Origin: Prevotella phage Lak-A1
Direction: 5' to 3' (one strand)
Sequence record: MK250016.1
Length of the DNA: 32,000 bases
The notes beneath the pieces are model-generated. The model saw nothing but the letters and a program-made list of their open reading frames with translations. It was not told the DNA's origin and ran no database searches. Shown one piece after another: positions 8,104 to 20,100 of this stretch (its first letter is position 1; each line of letters opens with the position of its first letter). Both the position numbers and the translations under genes were made by a program.

Positions 8104-9582
8104 TTATATATTAAATTTAAAATTATCTATTTTATCTGTTATATTTGTTATATTACAACCATTTTTTTCTAAAAGTTCTTTTGCAGATTGATATACTTTA
8201 CTGTAATCTTGTTCTACAAAAGTACGTAAACTTGTGAATCTGAATTTTAAACTATCAATTTCCTATGCTATTACTTCATGAGAAACACCCGATTTATTTT
8301 TTCTATCAATATATTTCTAATATTGTTCTATTACTGAAATTGATAAATCTATGCATCGTTGTACTTTTAAATTTAATACTATTAAACAATCTGCAATTGA
8401 TTTAAATGAAAATACAAGTTGATCATAATGTCCTCTACCGTATGGTCTACGTTCTCGAGTAGTAAATAATAAAGATGTATCACTACCATATGTTTGTCTT
8501 ATCATACTTGCATAAATACCATCACAATTTACTTGATTCCAATAACTTACTAGTTTAAATTCATCAAATTTTTTATTTGTTAATATATCATTATCTAAAT
8601 CCTGTAATTCCATATTAACATCAAAACATATATCCATAAAGTTATTAACGTTTTTTATAACTTTTGAATCTAAACTTTCCTATTTCCTGACTTTTAATAT
8701 TTGTCTATAACGTTCTATATTTTTCTTATTTAAATTAGTCTATGAAAATACGAAATCTCTATATTCACGTCGATTATTTAATTTATTTGTTATGTCAATA
8801 TTATCCATATATTTTGGATCAACAACATAAACTTTTGTTATAGCTGTTATTTTCTGTAATGACTTTATATTATCAGCGCCTAATTCTTTTTTTATATCAG
8901 AAGAAGATGTCAAAACATCATATACAGGAATCTTTGTAAATGCTTTATTTACAAAATCTTCAACTTTCTTTGAATCTGTTGCAAAATAAGTTATATCTGT
9001 TTTTTCATTATAATTTTTATTTGGTTCCAACCAAGAATTATAAGGATTTGCAGATGTAATATATAATATAATTTTATTATCTATTGTTACTGCTCTTAAT
9101 TGATCTTCATAATCTACCCAAAACTATATACCGCTTTTATATATTTTTTTCTTTGCTTCTTCTGGCGTTATTGTTAATAACTGTGTATCTGTAATATCTG
9201 ATATACCTAAATTATGATCAGCTTTTGCTTTAAGCATACGATTAATAATACCAATAATAGTATTATCTATATATGAACCATCCCATTGTTTAGTTTTCTA
9301 TTTTTTCGTATATGTACATTTAATAACAGACTATCTTCCTTCAACTGTATCACACATTTCCTATGTTAATTTACCTTTAGATGCTAGTCTATCATATTTC
9401 ATAACAACATAAAAAAAATCTGCTCCTTCATTTCGTTTCATATATCCTTCATCTCTACATGGACTTAATGTTAAATTAGATCTGTCAAATTTATGTAGTA
9501 AAGATGAAAGTGTTACTGAATTTAATGATTCATTTATATGTTTTAATTTTTTTGCTATATATAAAACTTCACTTAATAACAT
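8104..9582 (-). CDS. Hypothetical protein (492 aa, 7 TAG as Gln)
   Basis: ORF-track fragments 9361-9582, 8740-9030 and 8317-8637 are all in one frame, separated only by TAG codons; TAA stop at 8104-8106. Confidence 0.8.
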
Positions 9583-9653
9583 AATTTATAAAAATTGAAT
9601 TATCATTTAATTATTTATTTAACTAAATGATAATTCAAACATATATATTAATT

Positions 9654-11249
9654 TTATGAAAAATTAACTTTTTGTTCATATACAGGGAAATGTTGTTCCA
9701 TATATATTTTCTTTCGTTCTTGTCCATGTCTCCAGAGATAATTATCTTTATATCGTTTATTAGGATCTGCTGAAAATCTTATATCATCGACAAAATCAAA
9801 TATAACAACTTTATCTTTTCCTGGATACAAACGAATTCCTCTACCACATATTTGTCGTACAAGACGTTCTGATTTTGCTGTATCAACCAAAAATATAGAC
9901 CATAGATTTTTAATATCAATACCTTCACCAAATGTATTAATAGATGCAACTATTACTGTATTACCAGATGTATCTTCTTCCATGCATTGTTTATAATAAT
10001 CCCTTGTTTTATTTGGTGTATTTCCGTCTGTATAATAAACGTCTTTAGATGAATTATCTTTTATATAATCATATACTTTTTTACCGTATCCATATTTAAT
10101 ATCACCGAATAAAACTAATGCATTTTTCTTTGTATTAATTACCTGATCGCAAATATATTTCAATCTTGTATATGATTCATTAACAGTTTTTCTTTCTATC
10201 TTAAGAACTTTGCTTCCTGCTGTTATATCCATCGGATTTTTATTTGCTCGATATATATACATTGTTTCTTTAGTCTGCTGATCTGCCCATTTAAGATATT
10301 GAATTACTGCATATATAGGTGTTCCTCTTTTCTCTGTATTAATCAATTGATCTGCTGTTAATTTATAAACAACTGGACCTACTACAGATTGTATATAAAG
10401 ATTTTCATACATTGTTTCTTTTGGAAATGTACCTGTTACACCAATTGAATATTTTAAATTAGACATATTATATAAAATATTCTTTATTGAAGCTGCATTT
10501 CCAAGATGGTGACACTCATCGCATATACACCCACCAAATCTATCAAAGAATTCTTTTTTACGCTTACATAAACTTTGGAAAGTTCCAAATAATATATTGC
10601 ATGATTCTACTTTAGCTTTCTGCTTCTTTGTTAAACCAGAGCGAAGAATACCAATTTCCCAATTATGATTATGCTTCTTTAAATAAGATTCATAACGTTC
10701 ATACTGAACTGCTGATTGATTTGCCAAATCAACAGATGGTACAATATATAGAATATTATCTATACCCTGTGTATCTATGAGATATTTGAATATCATGAAT
10801 GATATTAAAGTCTTTCCACCTGATGTTGAAATCTCACCACAACACTTTTTATATTTCAATAATGTATACGCTGCCTTTACTTGATAATCATATGGTTTAA
10901 ATTCTTTTCCTTCTTCATTTTCTGCACCTTCAAAAATATCATCTATATAACTCTTAAAATCTTCAAACTTTAATTTAAACTAATTTAAAAAATTCTGTGC
11001 AGCTGGAGTCATTTCCATTGCTATATTGAACTTTTTAGCAACCTTAATAATTTCCAACCACAAATTAGTAGAGATCATATTATACTTATTCATAAATTCT
11101 CTATCTGTAATTTGTATGTCGGTAATCTTCTTTAACATCCATGCATTAGGTATTTCCCTTGTAAAAGCTCTACGTATAACATTCAATTCAAATATATAAT
11201 CTGAACTAATAACAAAATAATTGTTATCAAATGTTATATCAACTTTCAT
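9654..11249 (-). CDS. SF2 DNA/RNA helicase, UvsW-like (531 aa, 1 TAG as Gln)
   Basis: Joins ORFs 10980-11249 and 9654-10859 through TAG at 10980-10982. KPYDYQVKAAYTLLKYKKCCGEISTSGGKT (Q-motif-like/Walker A), CDECHH (motif II), GVTGTF (motif III), TFGEGIDIKNL and RQICGRGIRLYPGK (motifs V and VI). Confidence 0.9.
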
Positions 11250-11902
11250 TTACTTATATGTTATATTTTTACTACTTAATATTTATATAGCATAATTATA
11301 TAATAGTCTTATTTAAAAGTCTATTATTTTTAATAAAATTAAGTAAAAATTATGTTAAAAATAAATTAAAATAATATAGACTTTTTTCACAAAAGTAAGT
11401 AAAATAATTACTGGTAATTTGAGAATGATAGAATATATAGATTTTTGATTAGTGAAATTTTGATTAGTTAATATTATTTAGAATTTGTATAAATTAACAT
11501 AAAAATAATATTGATTATCAATCAGTTATAAATTATTTTTTAACATTTATTAAAAATATTTAGAAAAATGTAGACTTTTTCTTAAAACCTTAGTATAATA
11601 AATATGTTAGTATTTAAGGTTGAGATAGATATTATACATAATATGTAAAAAAATTAAATATATTTTTTAATAATTTAATAAGGTAAGCCTTTCGGAAATG
11701 TAAATATATTTTGAATATGGTATAGAAATATTTTTTATTTTTATATCATATTTTTATTTTATAGTATATAAAACATTATTAATAATTATTAGTAAAATAT
11801 ATGATAAAGTTTTATATTTACTTATTATAATTACTTTAATTTGATATGTTATATTTTTACTAAATAAATAAGTAAATGAAAATCTTTATTTGATAAAAAG
11901 AT
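11250..11902. promoter_or_regulatory. Long non-coding divergent region between the helicase and the structural cassette
   Basis: No ORF of significant length in either code; contains a 19-bp direct repeat, short inverted repeats and very high AT. Confidence 0.55.
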
Positions 11903-12883
11903 ATGAATAATGGTTTAAAAGAATAGTTACATGATATATCTATTCGAACAATGATCGGATAGCTTCCAAAAATTATTAATGATAATAATACAAAGATTTG
12001 TGATTATATTGATAATATATATGATTCATCAAGTAAATGTATAACTAAAAATATTGATAATGTATCAGATAATAAATCATATGTTAAATCTAATTTAGGT
12101 TAGTTTAAAAAACTTATTGTAGAAGATTTTGAAACAAAAAATATAAAAAGTTTAGAACAAGTTATTAGATCAGGTGGTTCTAATAATGAAGGTATAAATC
12201 ATGATGCATTAAACGGTCGTTATCTTTATAATGATGGTGGATTATTGAAAACAGTTCCATATGATAAAATATCTCCTGATATGAATAAGTATGCACATAA
12301 TTCTGGTGCTATAGGTGTTACATTAGGAAATGGTACTGTTTAGTCATTAGCAGATACATTAGAATAGATTATTAATAGTGTCGATAGTTTAAAGAAACAA
12401 TTTAGTTAGAGTTATTCAGAAGATGAAGGATATATTGGATTATATGGTGCAATTAATAATATAAATAATCAGTCAGTAAATAATTCAAATTCATTCACTT
12501 TTGATTAGAGTTTATTATTTGCTACTAAATTATAGTTAAAAAGAATGAATTTACCATAGTATCAATATAATGATATTACTCAGGGTTTTATTTATACATA
12601 TTATGATTATGCAAATACTGTTACTATAAATGATGAGAATACTTCATCTATAAAAGGAATTACTGGTTCTATTGTTAAATTAAGATTTAATGATACTAAA
12701 TCAAAAGGGTTTTATAGAGTTATATTATCAAGAGAAGAAAAGAAATTTTTACGAATATCAAAAGATGAATTAAATAGAATTACATTAAAGTGTATTAGTA
12801 ATGATGAACAATTTGGAGCATCATGGGATGTATTGGATTATTCTGTTCGTTCTGCTGATGATATTATGATTGAAAGAAAATAA
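11903..12883 (+). CDS. Putative virion structural protein (326 aa, 9 TAG as Gln)
   Basis: MNNGLKE[Q]LHDISIRTMIG[Q]LPKIINDNN... continuous to TAA at 12881 only if TAG is sense; entirely missed by the standard-code track. Confidence 0.75.
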
Positions 12884-12903
12884 AATTATTAGTTTAAGAA
12901 ATT

Positions 12904-14775
12904 ATGATTAGAACTCCTTTATTAAGACCATTAAGAGATAATGGTGCTACTTTATATGTTTTTCCATCTGCTAATGAAGATATTGGTTTAAATTTAAACA
13001 GCAGAGCAACAGGTGTTGCAATGTCACATTATGCATTACTTAATTTACCTGTAATGTTTGGTAATACAGATCCAAAATCAGAATCTATAGCTATTGCAAC
13101 TGATTTATAGAATTATATGATGAATCTTGAATGTACATTATTAAATCAAGATTCATATAATTATCAGGAATATCATACTGTTTCAGAACGAGCATTTTTT
13201 CATTGGCTAAAAAGTTTCGGAACAAGACATATTAAAGATTCTAAACTCAATTTAGACCGAACACAAAATAGTAATGATGTTTACTATAAAGAGACAGATA
13301 ATACAAATAGAGTAGTATAGTGCTTTGGTGCAATAGATGCAGGTAATTCATTAAGTACAGAATTTGGTATGTTTAACGAAACATATGTGAATATACCTAC
13401 AAGTTATGGAAATGGACCTGTATTTTTTAAATAGGTTTAGGATACATCAGAAACAAATTATATATATGGTAAAACATATAATACTGGTGATTCAGAGCAT
13501 TTACAGGGAAGAAAGAATAATGTAGATACATTAAAAATATTATCAGATGTAAAACCAAAATATGATAGTGGTACTTCATATACATTGAATGATGCATATG
13601 AGATTGTAAAAGATATTAATGAAATATAGTCTGCATGTAGAGCATTTACTAATGATAAAAATATTCAAATTAATTCATATGATGATGTGAATATCGATTA
13701 GAAAACACAGTTCAGTGGAAAATACTGCGATATTACATCAAATCCATGTGAATTCGGTTTTAATGCAATACTTTTATATTATAGTGTTTATGATTAGAAT
13801 GATACAACTAAAACTGCATATGCTATAAATTTGTTTGGTATTGTATTTTTAGATTCACCATCAAGTGTATAGAATGGATAGGCAAAAATACCGTCTTTAA
13901 TTAAGAAAAAATCATTTGGCGGTGCAAATAAAGCAAATTTCTTTGGTAACAGTTATTCATTCCGTGTTAATATAAAAACATTATCTGTATATGACAATAC
14001 AGATGCAATGATTTAGGATAATACAACAATGTCTTCTATTAACAGTGTTGATTTTTCTGATGTTGTTAGCAATCTTAATAGAGCTATTGATGTAATGAAT
14101 ACGAATGTACAATCAACAATGGCTATACAAGATGCGTATATGACAACACTTAAGTTGACTGATGAAAATAAGTAGAAATTATAGGAATTAGAAGCTAAAT
14201 TAGATGGTTATTTAAATGGTTCAAAAACATCTGGTATAGTTTCATAGAATATACGAACAAAGATTATTCAACCTATTACAGATACATCAATAGATTCAAG
14301 TGTTAGTGATGGTAATAATATAATTAAAATTCAACTTAATAAGCAATTAACTGATTTTATTAACACTGAAGAATATCAAGGTTCAACTTATACACCACCT
14401 ATTAAAATATTAAATGATGAATATACTTATAATGTACCTACTGTATATAAACCTATTTTTAATGTAAGTACACAAGCTGATACTGCATTAGGAGAATGGT
14501 CTTCAGATACAGGAGATATAAATGACATTATAAATGGAATAGACGTTAATTATTATACATATAACAATAATGTATATCCAAGTATAGAATTACCACAATA
14601 TGTATTGCAGGGATTTGGATTTGATAAGTTAGTATACAGAACTGGTGATCTAAATAATGATAATGAAAAGGATACTACATTTTTGAATTATGAATCATTG
14701 ATACCATTAATGATAAAATATATTCAAGATTTAAATAAGAGGATAAAAAACTTAGAAAGTAAAAATAACGGATAA
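12904..14775 (+). CDS. Putative virion structural (baseplate/fibre) protein (623 aa, 13 TAG as Gln)
   Basis: MIRTPLLRPLRDNGATLYVFPSANEDIGLNLNSRATGVAMSHYALLNLPVMFG...; joins ORFs 12904-13110 and 13117-13320 and continues to TAA at 14773. Confidence 0.75.
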
Positions 14776-14783
14776 TATTTAAA

Positions 14784-17045
14784 ATGAGTACAAATAATAA
14801 TATAAACAGTTTTGCAGAAAATATGCGAAAAACGATTGCATAGCAAACTAATGAACTTTCATTATTATCCGCTATGCAAAGATCATTAACAACAAATGAT
14901 ACTTTCGTTACTTATGAATATCAAGATACATAGGGAACAAATTCAAGATATTAGTTACCAAGTTATGCGTCTATTGTTAATCGATTAAAATCTGTTGAAG
15001 AATCTCTTAATACAATTTCAACTGGTAAAGGTACAATTAACCTTAATGACGGTTCAAGAAGAACAATTAAATTAAGTTCAATACCAAAAACACCAGATTA
15101 GATAAATGGTTTACAGGACCCATCAACATTTAAATTAGATACAAATTGGTTTTTTGAAGATTTAATGTTTCCTGGTTTAACAGTTGATATTGACTTAACA
15201 GGTTAGATAGATGATGATGCTGATAGAGTTAAAGTTGTTAGAGTCATTCTTAATTCTAATGATGATGCGGCAACAACATTATGGAATAATCAAATATCTA
15301 CTAAAACAACATATGATTATCTTTCATTAAAATCATTATTAGCAAACAGTAATATTTCTTATTCAGAAGATGAAGAAATTGTATAGTTACCTTTAGTAAG
15401 AAATACAAAATCTGGAACATTTCAGATTATACAAGATCCAGATATTATTAACGGAAATGTATGGTATACATTAGACAGTATAACATATTCTACTATTTCA
15501 AGTGAAGGTATTGATTAGGGAAAGAATAATATATTATCTATTGGTGATTAGTTATCATACAGTGATTCTATTTTTGAAATTATTGCAATTAATTAGAACT
15601 CAAGTAAAGTCAGATTAAAACGAATTGTAGGTGCAGCATTGCCAGGTGTTTATGCAACTCTTAACTATTATGAAGATCCGTTTAGAAGTAAAATAATTTC
15701 AGTAAGAGTAGGTGCAAATGAATATGATATTATATATGTAAAAGGAATTTCTGAAGCATATAACTTATAGGCAAATACATGGTCAACACCGGTAAGAGTA
15801 GATACAAATAATCTTTTATATGAAGATAGTAACGGTAATGTTACATCAACGTCATTAACAGAATATTACAGTAATTATGTAGTTGACTGGGGTGCAAAGA
15901 TGATAGATGAAGCTAAGGAAAGAACTGTTACTGCATGGAGTGGACAAAAACCAAATGCGCCAACATTATCTGAATCAGATATGAGAGTCGTTCAGGTTAA
16001 TACACAGATTAATGCTGCAATTGATACAACAACGATTAAGAATACTGCTGCACTTATAGCAGATGATAAGACAAAGATAGATAGCCTTAAATCAGCCATA
16101 GCGGACCTCAAATCTGAATTATAGAATATTACTAACATCAGTGATTATAACGCGAAACAGGAGCAAATAAACACGCAAACATTAGAGTTATAGAATGCTC
16201 AGTCAAGTTATTCAAGTAATGTTTCTGCTTTTTAGTCAGAAGTAAGATCTAATGGTGCTTTATTAACTGATCCTAAATATAGAATTAGAGGGTTCTTCTC
16301 TGTACCAGTATAGAAAACACGTATTGGAAATTCTGGTTTATAGGAAGAAATTATAGGTTTTGATATTGCTTACCGTTATGTGAAAGAAGATAATACACCA
16401 GTATTATTAAATACATTCACTTATAATGATTAGAATACAGGATCAAGTGTTACAGGTACTTTTTCTGATTGGAATATTTCATAGTCTTAGATGAAAACAA
16501 AAGTAAATGACGGTAATGGATATAAGTGGGTAGTAGAAAATGTTGCAGATTCTACAGAAGTAAATATTAATCAGATTGATATACCTATACAGAAAGGTGA
16601 ACGTGTAGAAATAAAAGTAAGATCTATATCAGAAGCAGGTTATCCATCAAATCCTTTAAGATCTGATTGGTCTAATTCTATTATTATATCATTTCCTGAT
16701 AATCTTTCATCAACTAATGAAATTGCAGATTTAATTAAAGATGTTAATGATGACGCATTAACTATTGCTATTAATAATACATTAAGTTCATCTGGTGTAA
16801 CATCACATTTAGACGATACAATACCAAACAGTAATTCTGTCAATGGTTTGTATTTTAAACATATTGCAAAGAATATTGCATATGAAAATACAGATGAATC
16901 AACAGGAACAAAAGTTATTACTTCTATATCATTGTAGGATAAAGTAGATTCTATTGATAAAGAATTTGATAATGTCGGATATTTGGGTGATATTGCAAGT
17001 ATTAATTACATTAATTATGATATTAGTGTATCAGAAGATGAATAA
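14784..17045 (+). CDS. Putative tail/fibre structural protein with coiled-coil and fibronectin-III-like regions (753 aa, multiple TAG)
   Basis: Single frame containing ORFs 15900-16124 and 16491-16937. Coil KTKIDSLKSAIADLKSEL[Q]NITN..; FN3-like end VEIKVRSISEAGYPSNPLRSDWSNSIIISFP. Confidence 0.75.
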
Positions 17046-17065
17046 TATAAAAATAATATAAAATT

Positions 17066-17106
17066 AAAGAGATATTACATAATTCAAAAAGTAATATCTC
17101 TTTTTT
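17066..17106 (+). terminator. Intrinsic terminator after the 14784-17045 gene
   Basis: AAAGAGATATTAC ... GTAATATCTCTTT 13-bp stem followed by TTT. Confidence 0.85.
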
Positions 17107-17147
17107 AGTTTAATAAATAATGAAACGAATTTGATTTAAGGATACAA

Positions 17148-20100
17148 ATGGCAAAAGAAAAGAAATATTTATTTAAATTAACACCTAATAAAAAAGATGT
17201 TGTTATTAATACATCTGTTTTATTGAATGGTTATGAAGATGTTGAATATCCTATTCCTATTATGGATACGGAAAAATTGGGATATGTATATGATCCGACA
17301 ACATTTAAGTTTAAAGATAAAGAACATGTAAAGGTAGATTATCCATATCCTGTACGTATGGAAATGGAGGTAAATTTTGGAAATTTACCTTTTTATGGTT
17401 GTAATAATGCATATAGTACAGATAAAATAAGATATAATGAAATAAAACCATCAAAATCAAACGGTGCTGCAGAGTATTCGAGTGATCCAGATTACTATAA
17501 TAATTATTTTTAGTAGAATACATCATATGATGAAGGTGTATTTATAAATGCAAGAGATAATAGAGATAATGATTATAATTATACATTAGCTAATTATAAA
17601 ATAACTGTTAGAATTTATTGGAGTGATAATAAATCACATATAAACGAAAATTATATACCTAATGGAACAGTAGAATCAAAAGAAAACGGATGGAGAAAAC
17701 AAGTAAGTAATACAAATACTTACCCTTTCGTTCTTAGACTTGTACCGGAATTATATAATATCGAAAACTCTGAAAATATAGTTGATAAAAATAACTCTAA
17801 AGAATTATTATTACCAAACTTAGAACCAAATAGTGATAAAGGTGGTCATGATAAAAATCATAAGAATATATTTAATGTACCAGATAATTTTACAATGGAA
17901 GAACGTAATATTGTAAAATTTAAAATTGATGCAACATTTACAGATCCTAAATCATTAATGTCAGTTAGTGCATATAAAGAAGTAATTGTAAAACAAGATG
18001 CATATATAGGATATAAGACAAAATATACATATGTTAAATTTATTGATTATAAACCTGTTGATATTTGGTCTCCTACTGTATATGCTAGTTATAATAAAGA
18101 TAGAAATATTACATATAAAATAGATAAAGACACAAAATAGGATTATTATGCATTTTATGTTAACGGTTCATTGAATATTAAAAATTATATTGAAAATAAA
18201 TCTAAATATTTTCCTGATGGAATATATTTTAATGGTGCATTCGATGTAAGTAAAAATAAGAATCGTTTTACGATAGATAAATTTGTATTAAAGAACTATT
18301 GTATAAATGCATTGGAAGATTCATCTGTTATAAATGGAAAGATATTAAATTCATCAGATAAAGACGCATTTGAAAAGAGATATAATTTATGTTATTCTAT
18401 AGCTAAACAGTTAGGTGATTTTTATGATTCAAGTGTTAAGCCTTCAACTAATATATTAAAACAAAAAAATAGTAAAGGATTAATATTTGATTCTATTTCA
18501 AAACCAGGTTTATAGGTGTTTAACGGTTATTATAGTACTCCATATTCATTTTCATAGATAAATTCAACTGATACTTCAGCATATGGCACTAAATTTGATA
18601 TAACTTTAACTGAAAATGAAGTTGTATATAATTCTTCATATAGAGCTGTATATCAAAAATATTATATTAATAATAAAAATTATTATCCAATAAATGCATC
18701 ATTTATAAAAAATGATAAAGGGAAAAAAATTCCTGTATTAGATACATTAAATGGAAAATATACATATATTAACAGTTCACTTGATTATGATATTAGTGCT
18801 ATATATTCTAGAAATATAGATATATCTGTTTTAGATGGTTCAAATTTAATTTATAACTATAAAGTTATTCAAGATGAAGAAGGACATAGTATAGAAACAA
18901 AATACTGTATTAATTCATTGTTAAATAATGATACAAGTGTACAAATTCCTAGATATGGTGTATATCCTGTATTTTCTGGATACATTGGATTTGATACATC
19001 TGTATATGATTATTAGAATAAAGATGAAGTTGAATATGAATATCGTGATAATTCAACTGATATTATTTATGATTTAATGTATAGAAAAAATGGATTATTA
19101 ACTATTAATAAAAAATCTAATTTTATTACAGGTAAAATTGATATTAATATCAATAAAGATAAATTCACAGAAACTGTAGTTCTTCCAAATAATCCATTTA
19201 CTGATATTGTTACAAATATAAATGGTACAATAATAAACAATAATAGACTTAATAATTTATTGGGTAATACAAAATATAATGATTATTTATATGCAGCATC
19301 AAATATAAGTAATACATATAAATATGAGATTAAAATCAATAATAATGATGTTAGTAATTATTTACGTATTAATGGTGTTAAATAGAGTGATTTAACTAAT
19401 GGTACATTATTATCTAATGTTGAGCCAGGCATATTTACATTAAGTTTAGATGATGATTATCCAAAGGAAACATCTGATAGTATAAATTTAACAATTAAGC
19501 ATAAAGATGGTGATGAAATAACAGGAGAAATTTTAATTACAAATGATGAAAATGAAAAACATCTTACAAATTATGATAATAAAGGATATGAACTTAATAC
19601 AGAACATCATTCATCTATGTTATTACGAGCAAATCCAAAATTATCAGGTAATATTAAATTAGTAGTTGATACTGATTATAAATTATATCTTGATACATTT
19701 AAAGCAAATCCTGCATTAAATAATAAGAATTTTAGGAAATATCCTATTTCATCAGAAGGTAATTATCCAAGAGATATAAAGAAAGTATTTAAAAATATTC
19801 CTATAAAGAATTTATTTGGACTTCCAGAAAATTCACTTAAAGCACATAAGGTTTATAATGATTATAAAGATCAATATGAAACTATGTATGAATATGGTGC
19901 TGAAACAAATACAGATAGCCTTTATTCAGAAAACATGAAAATACTTGCACCTCTTCATATAGGAAATGATATACCAGAATTCTTTGCAATATTTAGATAT
20001 GATGATGTCTTTAATGAAGAAACATATTCAGGAAAAGATATTAATGATATAGAGAAATTCAAAACATTAATTAAAGATTCTAAAGTTATTAAAACATATG

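Noticed and set aside
11307-11330. Hairpin AATAGtCTT...AAGtCTATT as a terminator
   Set aside because: Short stem with a central mismatch in extremely AT-rich sequence and no T-tract immediately after; likely chance.
11250-11902. A Bacteroidetes TATCTTTG promoter, or a tRNA, in the divergent non-coding region
   Set aside because: I could not find the TATCTTTG box or any cloverleaf-compatible segment; only short repeats remain.
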